A stretch of 14,593 nucleotides of DNA, from the NCBI RefSeq assembly GCF_006345805.1, contig NW_021825769.1:1-14593 (forward strand), written 5' to 3'. This document shows, one piece after another, positions 1 to 9,187 of this stretch. Each line of letters starts with the position of its first letter. Position 1 is the first letter of the stretch. The position numbers and the translations under genes were made by a program. The notes under the pieces are model-generated. The model made no database searches, was not told the DNA's origin, and saw only the letters and a program-made list of their open reading frames with translations. The stretch is from Octopus sinensis. Lineage: Eukaryota.

Positions 1-624
1 CTTCTTTTTTTAGCCTTCTGTTTGTGTTTGTCGCTGTAAATATATATATATATATGTAAATATATTGTGTACATGATTTTTTGGTAAACTACTTCATGGA
101 AAGAAAGAAGACTTCTTATACATACGTAGCTACATAGATATAAAGATAAATACACATGTGTGTGTGTCTGTGTATAAATGGTTGTGTATGTGCTTCGTAG
201 TTTTTCTTTTTATCAACTTCTTTAACGTAGATTTATCAACTACTTTGATATTAGAATATCTTTTTCTTTTCTTTTTTTTTTCTTTTTAAATTGTATTATT
301 AATTCAGTTACGAAATTCTCCTTTATTCTACGTTTCACAATGTAAAATAGTTAGAGACATCTAATGAAAGAGAGAAGTAAAAATTGTAAAATTTAAAGTT
401 GTAACACGCAAGTAATACAGAATGAAGTGCAAAGCGAAAATTATGAAGACAAAGCCGCGGAACGTGAGGAACTGATTTTGCTGCGAGTTTCATTTGAAAT
501 AAATAACAATAAATGAAGAAATTAATATTATACATCCTTGAGTGAATGAAATCACCTATTCGCAGCTTATTAAAATTTAAAATTTTGTTTAGTTCTTACT
601 TCAATGGTTGTATCGTCAACAATA

Positions 625-1015
625 TGCTTACTAACCACATGGTTCCGGGTTCAGTTCCACTGCTGCGTGGCACCTTGGGCAAGTGTCTTCTACTATAATC
701 TCGGGCCGATCAAAGCCTTGTAAGTGGATTTGGTTGACGGAAACCGAAAAGAAGCTCGTCGTATATATGTACATGTATATATATATATATATATGTATGC
801 GTGTGTTTGTGTGTCTGTGTTTGTCCCTCAGCATCGCTTGACAACCGATGCTGGTGTGGTTACCTCCCCGTAACTTAGCGGTTCGGCAAAAGAGACCGAT
901 AGAATAAGTACTGGGCTTACAAAGAATAAGTCCTGGGGTCGATTTGCTCGACTAAAGGCGGTGCTCCAGCATGGCCGCAGTCAAATGACTGAAACAAGTA
1001 AAAGAGTAAAGAGTA
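625..1015 (+). mobile_element. tRNA-derived SINE, family A (CORE-like), 5'-truncated, with internal microsatellite
   Basis: B-box-like GGTTCAGTTCC (648-658) is followed by CACCTTGGGCAAGTGTCTTCTACTATA, which resembles the CORE/MIR core CCTTGGGCAAG. Internal (TA)/(GT) tract; 3' tail ends GCATGGCCGCAGTCAAATGACTGAAACAAGTAAAAGAGTAAAGAG. Homologous heads at 10528 and 12352, homologous tail at 2564. Confidence 0.85.
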
Positions 1016-1036
1016 ATGAGTAATATCGCATGGCAA

Positions 1037-1095
1037 CTCCATGACTTCAAGTTTGATTCCATTGCGTGGCACCCTGGGCATATTACTCAGCCTCG
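1037..1095 (+). mobile_element. degenerate family A SINE head fragment
   Basis: CATGACTTCAAGTTTGATTCCATTGCGTGGCACCCTGGGCA aligns to CATGGTTCCGGGTTCAGTTCCACTGCTGCGTGGCACCTTGGGCA at 638-681. Confidence 0.5.
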
Positions 1096-1190
1096 TCTGT
1101 TACAAGAATTTAGAATTTAGGAACCAGAAGCAGACCGAAGCTGAGGTGTAATCAGTTGTATCATTTTGAATAATTTTTGTTGGTGGTGTA

Positions 1191-1412
1191 CGGTGGTGAG
1201 TTGGCAGAGTCGTTAGCACGTCGGGCAAAATACTTAGCGACATTTCATCCATCTTAACATTCTCAGTTCAAATTCCACTCAGGTCGACTTTGCATTTCAT
1301 CCTTTCGGGGTCAATAAAATAAGTACCAAGTTGAACACTGGCGTCGATGTAATCGACTAGCACCCTCCCAAACATGCTGGCCATGTGCCAAAATTTGAAA
1401 GCAGTAATTATT
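1191..1412 (+). mobile_element. tRNA-derived SINE, family B (tail variant Y)
   Basis: Colinear with 9718-9865: head GGTGAGTTGGCAGA, B-box CAGTTCAAATTCC, body CATCCTTTCGGGGTCAATAAAATAAGTACC and GTCGATGTAATCGAC hairpin. Ends in CCCTCCCAAA...GCCATGTGCCAAAATTTGAAA, like the unit ending near 7612. Confidence 0.85.
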
Positions 1413-1693
1413 GCTATCGGTGGTCTTTGACGGAAAGGGGTTATGATCAAAGATATTCCAGTCTTGATTATCATATACACATTTTCTTGCATGGTCTGTC
1501 ATTATTAAAGATTATTCAAAGAGTCATTCCATTTTAAAAAAGACTGTTGAGTCAGATTTAAGGAAGAGCTAGATGCAATTTCTTGTGAGTCCTCAGAGGT
1601 CCTTATGAGATTTTGTCGTCAAAATTTTGTGCAATGAATTGGCTATATTTCTACAATACACAAAAGATTTTAACAATCTTGTTATGCAAGTCC

Positions 1694-1983
1694 TTATCAC
1701 TACGTGACCGACCAGGCTATCAGATATTGCTGCACATCACTGGTCACAATGCGCTTCACGCTGTTTTAGCCTTCAAATGACGCCACCCCGCTGGCTAAGC
1801 AATAGAAAGAGTGAGAAAAACTTGTGGCGAAAAAGTACAGCAGGGATCGCCACCACCACTCCCTGCCGGAGCCTCGTGGAGCTTTAGGTGTTTTCGCTCA
1901 ATAAACACTCATAACGCCCGGTCTGGGAATCGAAACCGTGATCCTACGATCGCGAGTCCGCTGCCCTAACCACTGGGCCATTG
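1694..1983 (-). mobile_element. tRNA-derived SINE, family C
   Basis: Minus strand reads TGGCCCAGTGGTTAGGGCAGCGGACTCGCGATCGTAGGATCACGGTTTCGATTCCCAG (A and B boxes, tRNA-like head). The 3' tail GCTTAGCCAGCGGGGTGGCGTCATTTGAAGGCTAAAAC...CCTGGTCGGTCACG is nearly identical to 5276-5373. Confidence 0.85.
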
Positions 1984-2048
1984 AGATCCACGCAATTCCA
2001 TATATTATTCAAAAATATACTAGCATTTTTTAAGCATCAAATGGCAAC

Positions 2049-2070
2049 GGGGGTGGGGTGGAGGGAGGGG
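2049..2070 (+). other. canonical G-quadruplex motif
   Basis: GGGGG-T-GGGG-TGGA-GGG-A-GGGG: four G-tracts of at least 3 with loops of 1, 4 and 1 nt. Motif only; folding is not shown. Confidence 0.5.
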
Positions 2071-2272
2071 TCCACCTGAGTGAAATAGGAATCGAAGGGC
2101 TCCGTCCATAGAGAGAAAATGACTGAGAAGCACCTGTGTCCAGTCTCGCAAATTTGCCGAAAAATTCTGGCTGTTATCGTTTTGTTATTGTCGAGATCCA
2201 GATTATGTACAAATAAAAATATCCAGAAGCGTAACGCTTTCTCATTCTTCTCTCATTTTCGCTAAACCACTT

Positions 2273-2466
2273 TCTGTCTATCTGTCTATCTACCTAACTG
2301 CCTCACCTCTCTCTCTCTCTCTCTCTTCTCTCTCTGTCTATCTATCTATCTGACTGCGTCTGTCTGTCTGTCTCACTCTCTCCCTCACTCTGTCTATCTA
2401 TCTCTCCATCTCTCCATTCATCCATCCATCCGTCCGTCCGTCCATCAGTCTGTCTCTCTGTCTGTC
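2273..2466. repeat. compound microsatellite (TCTA/TC/TCTG/TCCA/TCCG)n
   Basis: Directly visible tandem di- and tetranucleotide units. Confidence 0.9.
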
Positions 2467-2563
2467 AGCACATGTGTCTGTACTTTCGATTCTCCCAAGC
2501 GCTCTCCTTGACACCTTGGTTTGTTTGAATCTGTGTAATCTCAGGGTCTATCAGGTGGAGGCT

Positions 2564-2678
2564 GACAGAATAAGTCCTGGACTTGAAAAAAATATTAAGA
2601 TCGATCTGTTCGATTTGAACACTGAAAGGTTTGGGGTCATAGTATGCCTGCAGCTCAGTGATCGAAACGAATAAAGAT
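2564..2678 (+). mobile_element. degenerate 3' tail of a family A-like SINE
   Basis: GACAGAATAAGTCCTGGACTTGAAAA...GATCGATCTGTTCGAT...CATAGTATGCCTGCAGCTCAGTGATCGAAACGAATAAAGA aligns to the tail at about 898-1005. Confidence 0.55.
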
Positions 2679-2685
2679 ATACAAC

Positions 2686-2705
2686 TACATACATACATAC
2701 ATACA

Positions 2706-2741
<36 letters not shown>

Positions 2742-2749
2742 TATATATA

Positions 2750-2795
<46 letters not shown>
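2686..2795. repeat. (ACAT)n + (AT)n microsatellite
   Basis: Directly visible. Confidence 0.95.
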
Positions 2796-2798
<3 letters not shown>

Positions 2799-2807
2799 GT
2801 GCGTGTA

Positions 2808-3085
2808 AAGGCGTGCGTGTGGCCTTTATTAAGGCCGTTTACTCGCTCTCGCTAAATAGTGGGTTCATGGGTTCAATTCCCTGACTTGGCGGCGCATTGT
2901 GTTCTCGAGAAAAACACTTCATTTCACGTGGCTCCAGTCCCCATTTCGATTGGGGCGTGGGAGAATATTGGCCTGCTCGCTTTGTCAGCGGGGTGGCGTC
3001 ATTTCAAGGCTAGAGTAATGCAATAGCGCATTGTGATTACCGATGTGTAACTATATCTGATTGCCTGGTCAGTAACGTGATCATG
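2808..3085 (+). mobile_element. diverged tRNA-derived SINE: CORE-like head plus family C 3' tail
   Basis: B-box GGGTTCAATTCC (2869-2880). TTGTGTTCTCGAGAAAAACACTTCATTTCACGTGGCTCCAGTCC matches the body at 3238-3280. The tail from 2969 (TGGCCTGCTCGCTTTGTCAGCGGGGTGGCGTCATTTCAAGGCTA) matches 5266-5382. Confidence 0.75.
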
Positions 3086-3088
3086 TAA

Positions 3089-3139
<51 letters not shown>
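3089..3139. repeat. (TATC)n microsatellite
   Basis: Directly visible. Confidence 0.95.
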
Positions 3140-3156
3140 TTATATGTGTGTGTATG

Positions 3157-3491
3157 AAGGTGCATGGTATAGTGGTTAGAGCGTCGAGCTTTCGATCGTG
3201 AGGTTGTGAGTTCGAATCCCGGACCGGGCTGCGTGTCGTGTTCTTGAGCAAGACACTTTATTTCCCGTTGCTCCAGTTCACTCAGCTGTAGAAATGAGTT
3301 GCGACGTCACTGGTGCCAAACTGTATCGACCTTTGTCTTTCCCTTGGATAACACTGGTGGTGTGGAGAGGAGAGGCTGGGATGCATGGGCAACTGCTGGT
3401 CTTCCATAAACAACCTTGCCCGGACTTGTGCCTCGGAAGGTAACTTTCTAGGTATAATCACGTGGTCAGTCATAACCAAAGTGTGTCTCAG
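3157..3491 (+). mobile_element. tRNA-derived CORE-like SINE with a distinct 3' tail
   Basis: A-box TGGTATAGTGG and B-box GAGTTCGAATCC, then CORE-like GTTCTTGAGCAAGACACTTTATTTC. The tail is unrelated to the family C tail and runs into (TA)n. Confidence 0.8.
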
Positions 3492-3534
3492 TATATATAT
3501 ATATATATATATATATATACCACACACCACACAC

Positions 3535-3572
<38 letters not shown>

Positions 3573-3598
3573 TATAATATATATATATATATATATAA
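3492..3598. repeat. (TA)n-(CA)n-(TA)n compound microsatellite
   Basis: Directly visible. Confidence 0.95.
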
Positions 3599-3695
3599 TC
3601 ATATGAAAGGGACATGGAAATTAATAGAAATTTTCACTTCTAGTGGCCTAGCGTGTAAAAATTTAGTCCTGAGACTATGTATTACTCATAAAATA

Positions 3696-3972
3696 CAGTG
3701 TACATTTAAACACATAAGGAATCCACTTGTAGGATTCAACACGCTAGAAAGAACAGCTAGGTTCTCTAACCACAAAATTAGAGATAAAATTCGACAGTAA
3801 CGTAATGAAAAAATAAAAACATTTTACCATCTAGTTTCCTGGACCAATTGGTTTCTGATTTTAGTGTAGCAAATAAATAATATTTACTAATTTTGTGGTT
3901 AGAGAACCTAGCTGTTCTTTCTAGCGTGTTGAATCCCACTAGTGGATTCCTTATGTGTTTAAATGTACATTG
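3696..3972. mobile_element. 277-bp MITE (Tc1/mariner-type, fold-back) with 86-bp TIRs
   Basis: Arms 3696-3781 and 3887-3972 are reverse complements with 3 mismatches around a 105-bp spacer. TA flanks both sides (3694-95, 3973-74), and the left end starts CAGTG, a Tc1-type terminus. The ORF track shows the same peptide QCTFKHIRNPLVGFNTLERTARFSNHKI on both strands. Confidence 0.8.
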
Positions 3973-4262
3973 TATATATATATATATATATATAATATGT
4001 ATATATATAACAACATAAATACGGTTAGAGAAAATCACATCTTTAATTCACCATACAAGAGTGTGACTATCTTTATCCCTGAATTTCTCGAAATTCTTCT
4101 AAATGATTTTTGACTATTTATCATACACGAGGAATTATTATGGCTGTGTATTTTGTTTGCATTTTATAGGTGTTTTTTTGCTTGATATAGTTAACCAAAT
4201 TCGCTTAAAAACTGAGTGCATTATTGATATCGACCTGCATTTTTAATCCATTTTTCTTCTTA

Positions 4263-4264
<2 letters not shown>

Positions 4265-4300
<36 letters not shown>
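4265..4300. repeat. (TA)n microsatellite
   Basis: Directly visible. Confidence 0.95.
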
Positions 4301-4304
<4 letters not shown>

Positions 4305-4877
4305 TTAATATAATTATAAATATAATTATATTTTATATTTCTATTTCCTTGTCTAATTATATTTATAATATATTTTGTATAATGTCTTTGCTGTATGTAA
4401 TGGTGTAATAAAGTATTGATTGGGTATTATCTGATGGTTGATGTTTGATTGATTTAAGTATGTTTCTCCATTTTCTAATTTTATATATATATATATATAT
4501 AGATATAGATATATATGTATGTACATGGTGTGTGTGAGAATGTATAAGGCAAATTCTAGCAAAAAAAAAATGTGATAACAGTTACAGACCAATTAACCAT
4601 CCACACAATAGGTGTAACAAAGTGGATTATCTTCCTGTTTTCTACAAAGAGAGACCGTGACTAAAGTTTCACTGAAGACAGTTTTGTCTGACGCTATACA
4701 AACAAGCATACATAAATACATATAAACACACACATATATATATATGTATGTATGTATATATATATATATATATATATATGTACATGGGTGCACGAACGGG
4801 AAGGCGCAAGTCATCCAGTATATTGAGTGTAATCATTTGGAACGTATGATTCATTCATTTGTTTGTTCAATCAAGTA

Positions 4878-4917
4878 ACACACACACAGACACACACACA
4901 CATACAGACACACACAC

Positions 4918-4954
<37 letters not shown>
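4878..4954. repeat. (CA)n microsatellite
   Basis: Directly visible. Confidence 0.95.
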
Positions 4955-4958
<4 letters not shown>

Positions 4959-5224
4959 GAGTAAAAGTGTTTCGTGCAGAAGTGTATCGTGAATTAAAAA
5001 AAGCAAACTCGTTACTCTCGTTATACTCTTCTGGATTAAAAAATTTTACCGTGAGAATTTCAAATTTTGATATTAAGAGAAGAAACTGCTCATCCGTACG
5101 AAGGCTCTCACTTTACAACGCTAACCGAGTTTATATTTGTTTACATTTGTATATGTACATAACTGTGTGAATGCTCACAAACACATACAAACATGCGCAC
5201 ACAATACATATACATATGCATATA

Positions 5225-5265
<41 letters not shown>

Positions 5266-5382
5266 TGGCCTGCTCGCTTAGCCAGCGGGGTGGCGTCATT
5301 TGAAGGCTAAAACAATTCGAAGCGCATTGTGACCAGCGATGTGTAGCAACATCTGATAGCCTGGTCGGTCACGACGGCGATA
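5266..5382 (+). mobile_element. solo family C SINE/LINE 3' tail (5'-truncated)
   Basis: TGGCCTGCTCGCTTAGCCAGCGGGGTGGCGTCATTTGAAGGCTAAAACAATTCGAAGCGCATTGTGACCAGCGATGTGTAGCAACATCTGATAGCCTGGTCGGTCACG matches the reverse complement of 1700-1800 and 2969-3080. No head is present. Confidence 0.85.
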
Positions 5383-5736
5383 TATAATTATATCATTTAG
5401 AAAAATTACATATTATAGAAAGATTAAATATAAGATAAAACATATAACAATGATTAATTAATTAAATTTTTTTTATTCTAATTTATATATATTTATATAT
5501 ATTATATTTTGTGAAATTTGATTTAGTATTTCTAAATTGAACTTTTTCCTCTAATTTTGTAAAAATATTCCTTCATATTTTATTATTATTTTATATTATT
5601 ATTATATTTCTATATGAATAATATTTTGTCTAATGACTAATTCGTCCTTTGCGCTGGGCCACTGGTAGTAATCTATATTATTACCCTTTTTGATTATATA
5701 TATATATATATATAATATAATATATATATATATATA

Positions 5737-6994
5737 ATAGGAGATCCCATAAGTTCTGTCCATTTTACCTTTTTTTTTAAATTGAATGAAGTTTAATTGT
5801 ATTTTAGAATGTCTAATGGAATTTAAAATTATGTTTATGCATTTGTGTGTATTTAAACTAATTAAATATCATTTTACAGAAAAATAGAATTAAAATGTCT
5901 TTGATTAAAACCCTTTCTAACATGGAAGTATCCAAAGAGTATTTAAGGCACTTAATGCTTTATGAGTAAAAAAAGGTAGCTCTGCAGCCGAAACGACTCC
6001 AAGCATGCGCTTAGTTTGTGGGAAAGAATGCTTGAATGAAAGAACTTGCAGAAGATGGTTTGCAAAATTCAGAAATGGAGATTTCAGCCTTGAAGATGAA
6101 GATCGAACAGTACGTCTAGTTGAATTTGATAATCTCCTTGAGGCATTATCCTGCATTATCAGTTGAAGAATTGCCAATAAATCTTAGTTCAAACCATACA
6201 ACTGTTCATCGTCATCTTCAACAACTTGGAAAGGTTCCTAAACTTGGAAAATGGGTGCCTCAGGAAGTATCCGAAAGCAACCGCAAATCCAGAGTTGAAT
6301 TCTGCTCTTCTCTCCATTCTCGCGAACTCATTTCACCCTTTTTGGATAGACTTGTAACTGGTAACGAAAAATGGATCTTGTATCGAAATATTAAACGTCG
6401 TAAACAGTGGCTTGGTAAAAGGGAAAAAGCTCAAACACAAACGAGAAGGGAACTTCATGGAAAAAAGGTTCTTCTCTCTATCTGGTGGGATTGTAAAGGA
6501 GTAATTCACTTTGAATTGTTACCACCTAATGCAACAATCAATGCTCAAGTCTACTGTCAGCAATTAGAGAGTTTGAACCAAGCTTTGAAGAAAAAAAAAC
6601 CTGCTTTAGTGAATCGAAATGGAGTGATGTTTCATCAGGACAATGCGCGACCCCACACTGCAAAGATCACATCACTGAAGATCGAAGAGCTTGGTTGGGA
6701 AAAATTCTTTATCCACCTTACTCTCCCGACCCTGCTCCTTCAGACTACCATTTATTTTGTAGTTTACAGAATCATTTGGGCAAGATAACTTTCGCTAGCC
6801 AGGAGGTGGTCGAAACTGACATTTCAGTGTTCTTTGCTTTGAAACTAAAAGAATGTTACATTGATGGGATTAAAAAGCTTCTAATTAGTCATAGATAATC
6901 AGGGAAAGTACATTGATGATAAAATTTCAATTAAATATAACATTTGATCACTTGTTTTCTTTATTCAAAATTCGAACAGAACTTATGGGATGAC

Positions 6995-6998
<4 letters not shown>
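5737..6998 (+). mobile_element. near full-length mariner transposon (DD34D), inactive
   Basis: 1262 bp, flanked by TA within (TA)n tracts. TIR core ATCCCATAAGTTCTGT (5744-5759) is the reverse complement of 6976-6991. Transposase remnants lie inside. Confidence 0.95.
5922..6920 (+). pseudogene. mariner transposase pseudogene, mellifera-subfamily-like
   Basis: ATG 5922 gives MEVSKEYLRHLMLYE*, with a stop at 5967-69. Motifs: RRWFAKFRNGDFSLEDE, WVPQE (WVPHEL), VTGNEKW (catalytic D changed to N at 6363-65), HQDNARPH, YSPDPAPSDYHLF. There are 34 residues between the 2nd and 3rd Asp after restoring a 1-bp deletion near 6700. Several frameshifts and a C-terminal deletion near 6885. Confidence 0.95.
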
Positions 6999-7032
<34 letters not shown>

Positions 7033-7177
7033 CTCAAAAGGATGTGTTATAGCACTATAATACATATACGCAAGCAGCCATACCAACAATCCAACATACC
7101 TCAAACATCAACTGCCCTACAGATATTATTATGGTTTCGACACATGGGCAGTACCATTCAATCGAGCGGTGCCAACA

Positions 7178-7612
7178 TCAATAAAATAAGTGCTGTTTAG
7201 CCCCTTGTGGGTAGTAAAGAAATAGGCATTTCGTCTGCCGCTACGTTCTGATTTCAAATTCCGCCGAGGTCAACTTTGCCTTTCATCCTTTCGGGGTCGA
7301 TTAAATAAGTACCATTTGAACACTGGGGTCGATATAATCGGCTTAATCCGTTTGTCTGTCCTTGTTTGTCCCCTCTGTGTGTAGCCCCTTGTGGGAAGTA
7401 AAGAAATAAGAAACGTTAGCATGCTGGTCGAAATGCTTAGCGGTATTTCGTCTGTCTTTATGCCCTGAGTTCAAATTCCGCCGAAGTCAACTTTGCCTTT
7501 CATCCTTTCGGGGTCGATAAATTAATTACCACTTGCGTACTGGAGTTGGTCTGATCGACTGGCCCCACTCCCCAAAAATTTCAGGCCTTATACCTAGAGT
7601 AGAAAATAATAT
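7178..7612 (+). mobile_element. head-to-tail multimer of family B SINE units
   Basis: Remnant plus tail X end (7178-7226), body plus tail X (7227-7410), then partial head plus body plus tail Y (7411-7612). Each unit is colinear with 9718-9949 or 1191-1412. Confidence 0.85.
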
Positions 7613-7839
7613 TTAACATCACTTGTAATATTAAATGCATCTAATTTTACTGTTAACAATCGATTAATTCTGCAGTCTCTTGGTGTTATGAACCATCACT
7701 CTGAGACAGACACCTTCTTCAATCCATTTACGTGATTTTCTCCAATTTATTCTTTGGAGTAACGTGCTTTACACCTTATATTATGAGCTATTATTTTCAG
7801 CCACATCTGCATACGCGGATATCTCCTTACGTTAAAATA

Positions 7840-8406
7840 TTGGGTTGTCCGGAAAGTTCGTGCCGATTTTTAAGCGAAAGAAAAAGGTCAATAAATACTT
7901 GCCATTACATTTTTAATCAACCAAATATGAACCATTTTGTTGCACACAATGCGTCTCCATCATTCCTTTAACTTGAAAATACCCTCTTCCCAGAATTGAG
8001 GTGGTTTCATGGCAAAGAATTCATAAAGGTATCTTTTTACGTCATCCAAAGAATTGAAATTTTTACCGTTAAGACTATTCTGCAGAGACCTGAATTAGTG
8101 GAAATCCGAAGGAGCAATATCTGGTTAATATGGAGGGTGGGGTAACACATCCCAGCCGAGCTGCAGCAATTTTTGTGTGGTTCCCAAAGCATCAAGTGCC
8201 GAAAATGAACTTTCTTATCTTCCATTTTAAAGGGTTACAGAATTAACACAGGTTATAGGAACACAAACCTTCTTCCACGAAAAGATATCTTAAACTGGGC
8301 TCTAAATGGAGGTGTAGTCAAATCCTATTTCATAGACTCATCATGTTCTAAAATAATTCGAAACGTAAGCTACTATAAATCGGCACGAACTTTCCTGACA
8401 ACCGAA
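7840..8406 (-). mobile_element. internally deleted (non-autonomous) mariner, 567 bp
   Basis: 30-bp TIRs: TTGGGTTGTCCGGAAAGTTCGTGCCGATTT (7840-7869) versus 8377-8406, with 2 mismatches. TA flanks at 7838-39 and 8407-08. Confidence 0.95.
7913..8225 (-). pseudogene. mariner transposase remnant (N-terminal 15 aa fused out of frame to the C-terminal ~90 aa)
   Basis: ATG 8225 gives MEDKKVHFRHLMLWE. After the junction near 8180 another frame reads QKLLQLGWDVLPHPPY*PDIAPSDFH*FRSLQNSLNGKNFNSLDDVKRYLYEFFAMKPPQFWEEGIFKLKE*W, a typical mariner C-terminus. Confidence 0.9.
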
Positions 8407-8439
8407 TATGATCTAAAATACACATCATGCGCACAAACG

Positions 8440-8449
8440 CATATATATA

Positions 8450-8495
<46 letters not shown>

Positions 8496-8652
8496 TAATA
8501 TTTGCATTACTCTCTGATTCAGTCTCATATATACATACATACATACATGCACACATACATGCATACATACTTACATGCATACACATAAGCATACAGACGT
8601 GAATACATACGGAATACATATATGCACATATACATGCATGTACATACACATA
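8440..8652. repeat. (TA)n and degenerate (TACA/TGCA)n microsatellites
   Basis: Directly visible. Confidence 0.9.
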
Positions 8653-9059
8653 GACTATTTGATATTTGAAAACAATTTAAGGAGAGTAACAAAACATTTG
8701 CTGATGATAAAGTTCTGTATACTTTAACTTGAGATCATTAATCATTTTAGAACTACCTGTGACTTCAAGTTTTGCCTTAGCAGCTTGTTCAGTCATAATA
8801 ATAAAACAATACAGATATTTATGAACACATTTCAAATCGCCGACTTCGTTAAATGACCTGCGTTATGAAACACTACCACCTGCTGCATATAATCAAACCC
8901 ATCTATGTTTGTATATACGTAAGCATGTCACATTCTCCCATTTATTGGTTTTGCAAGTCCGAGTATATTACTTTATGATATCAGAGTCTGCTTCCCAAAG
9001 AGAGTAATATACAAGCGTATTTGAAAAGATGTTAGATCTAGTATATTGTCTATACTTAC

Positions 9060-9097
9060 TTTGTCACTTCTGCAATGATGAAAGCTACAGATTATAC
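9060..9097 (-). CDS. candidate 38-nt micro-exon of an unidentified host gene
   Basis: Minus strand: long U-rich tract, branch-like CTTAAT, acceptor ACACAG|, donor AAA|GTAAGT. Only one frame is open, (G)IICSFHHCRSDK, and it is phase-compatible with the 22-nt exon upstream. No protein family recognised. Confidence 0.3.
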
Positions 9098-9187
9098 CTG
9101 TGTTATTTCGACACAGAATGATTAAGAAAAACAAAGACAAACAAAAACGAGATGCCGTTATGTAATGCATGTTCTTTATTTACTCAC

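Noticed and set aside
421-516. Short frame NEVQSENYEDKAAEREELILLRVSFEINNNK with a possible GTGAGG donor
   Set aside because: Poor acceptor (no pyrimidine tract), upstream in-frame stop and no homology recognised.
3157-3235. tRNA-like heads (also 1910-1983, 2810-2885) as tRNA genes
   Set aside because: A and B boxes are present but there is no proper acceptor stem, and each continues into a SINE body.
335-5170. Most ORFs in the track (for example 2465-2734, 3282-3602, 3462-3800, 4593-4814, 4859-5170)
   Set aside because: They are read-throughs of microsatellites (YIYI, HTHT, CVCV), SINE sequence or AT-rich DNA, with no recognisable domain.
5385-5700. Mitochondrial insertion (NUMT)
   Set aside because: No mitochondrial gene, tRNA or rRNA motif is recognisable. 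It is kept only as an unexplained AT island.
6120-6788. 222-aa ORF as a functional SETMAR-like or domesticated transposase gene
   Set aside because: It lacks the N-terminal DNA-binding start, the first catalytic Asp is changed to Asn, and a frameshift removes YSPD and the third Asp. It is a pseudogene segment.
7178-7612. CRISPR-like or satellite array
   Set aside because: Units are ~180-200-bp SINE bodies, not short repeats with unique spacers, and the context is eukaryotic.
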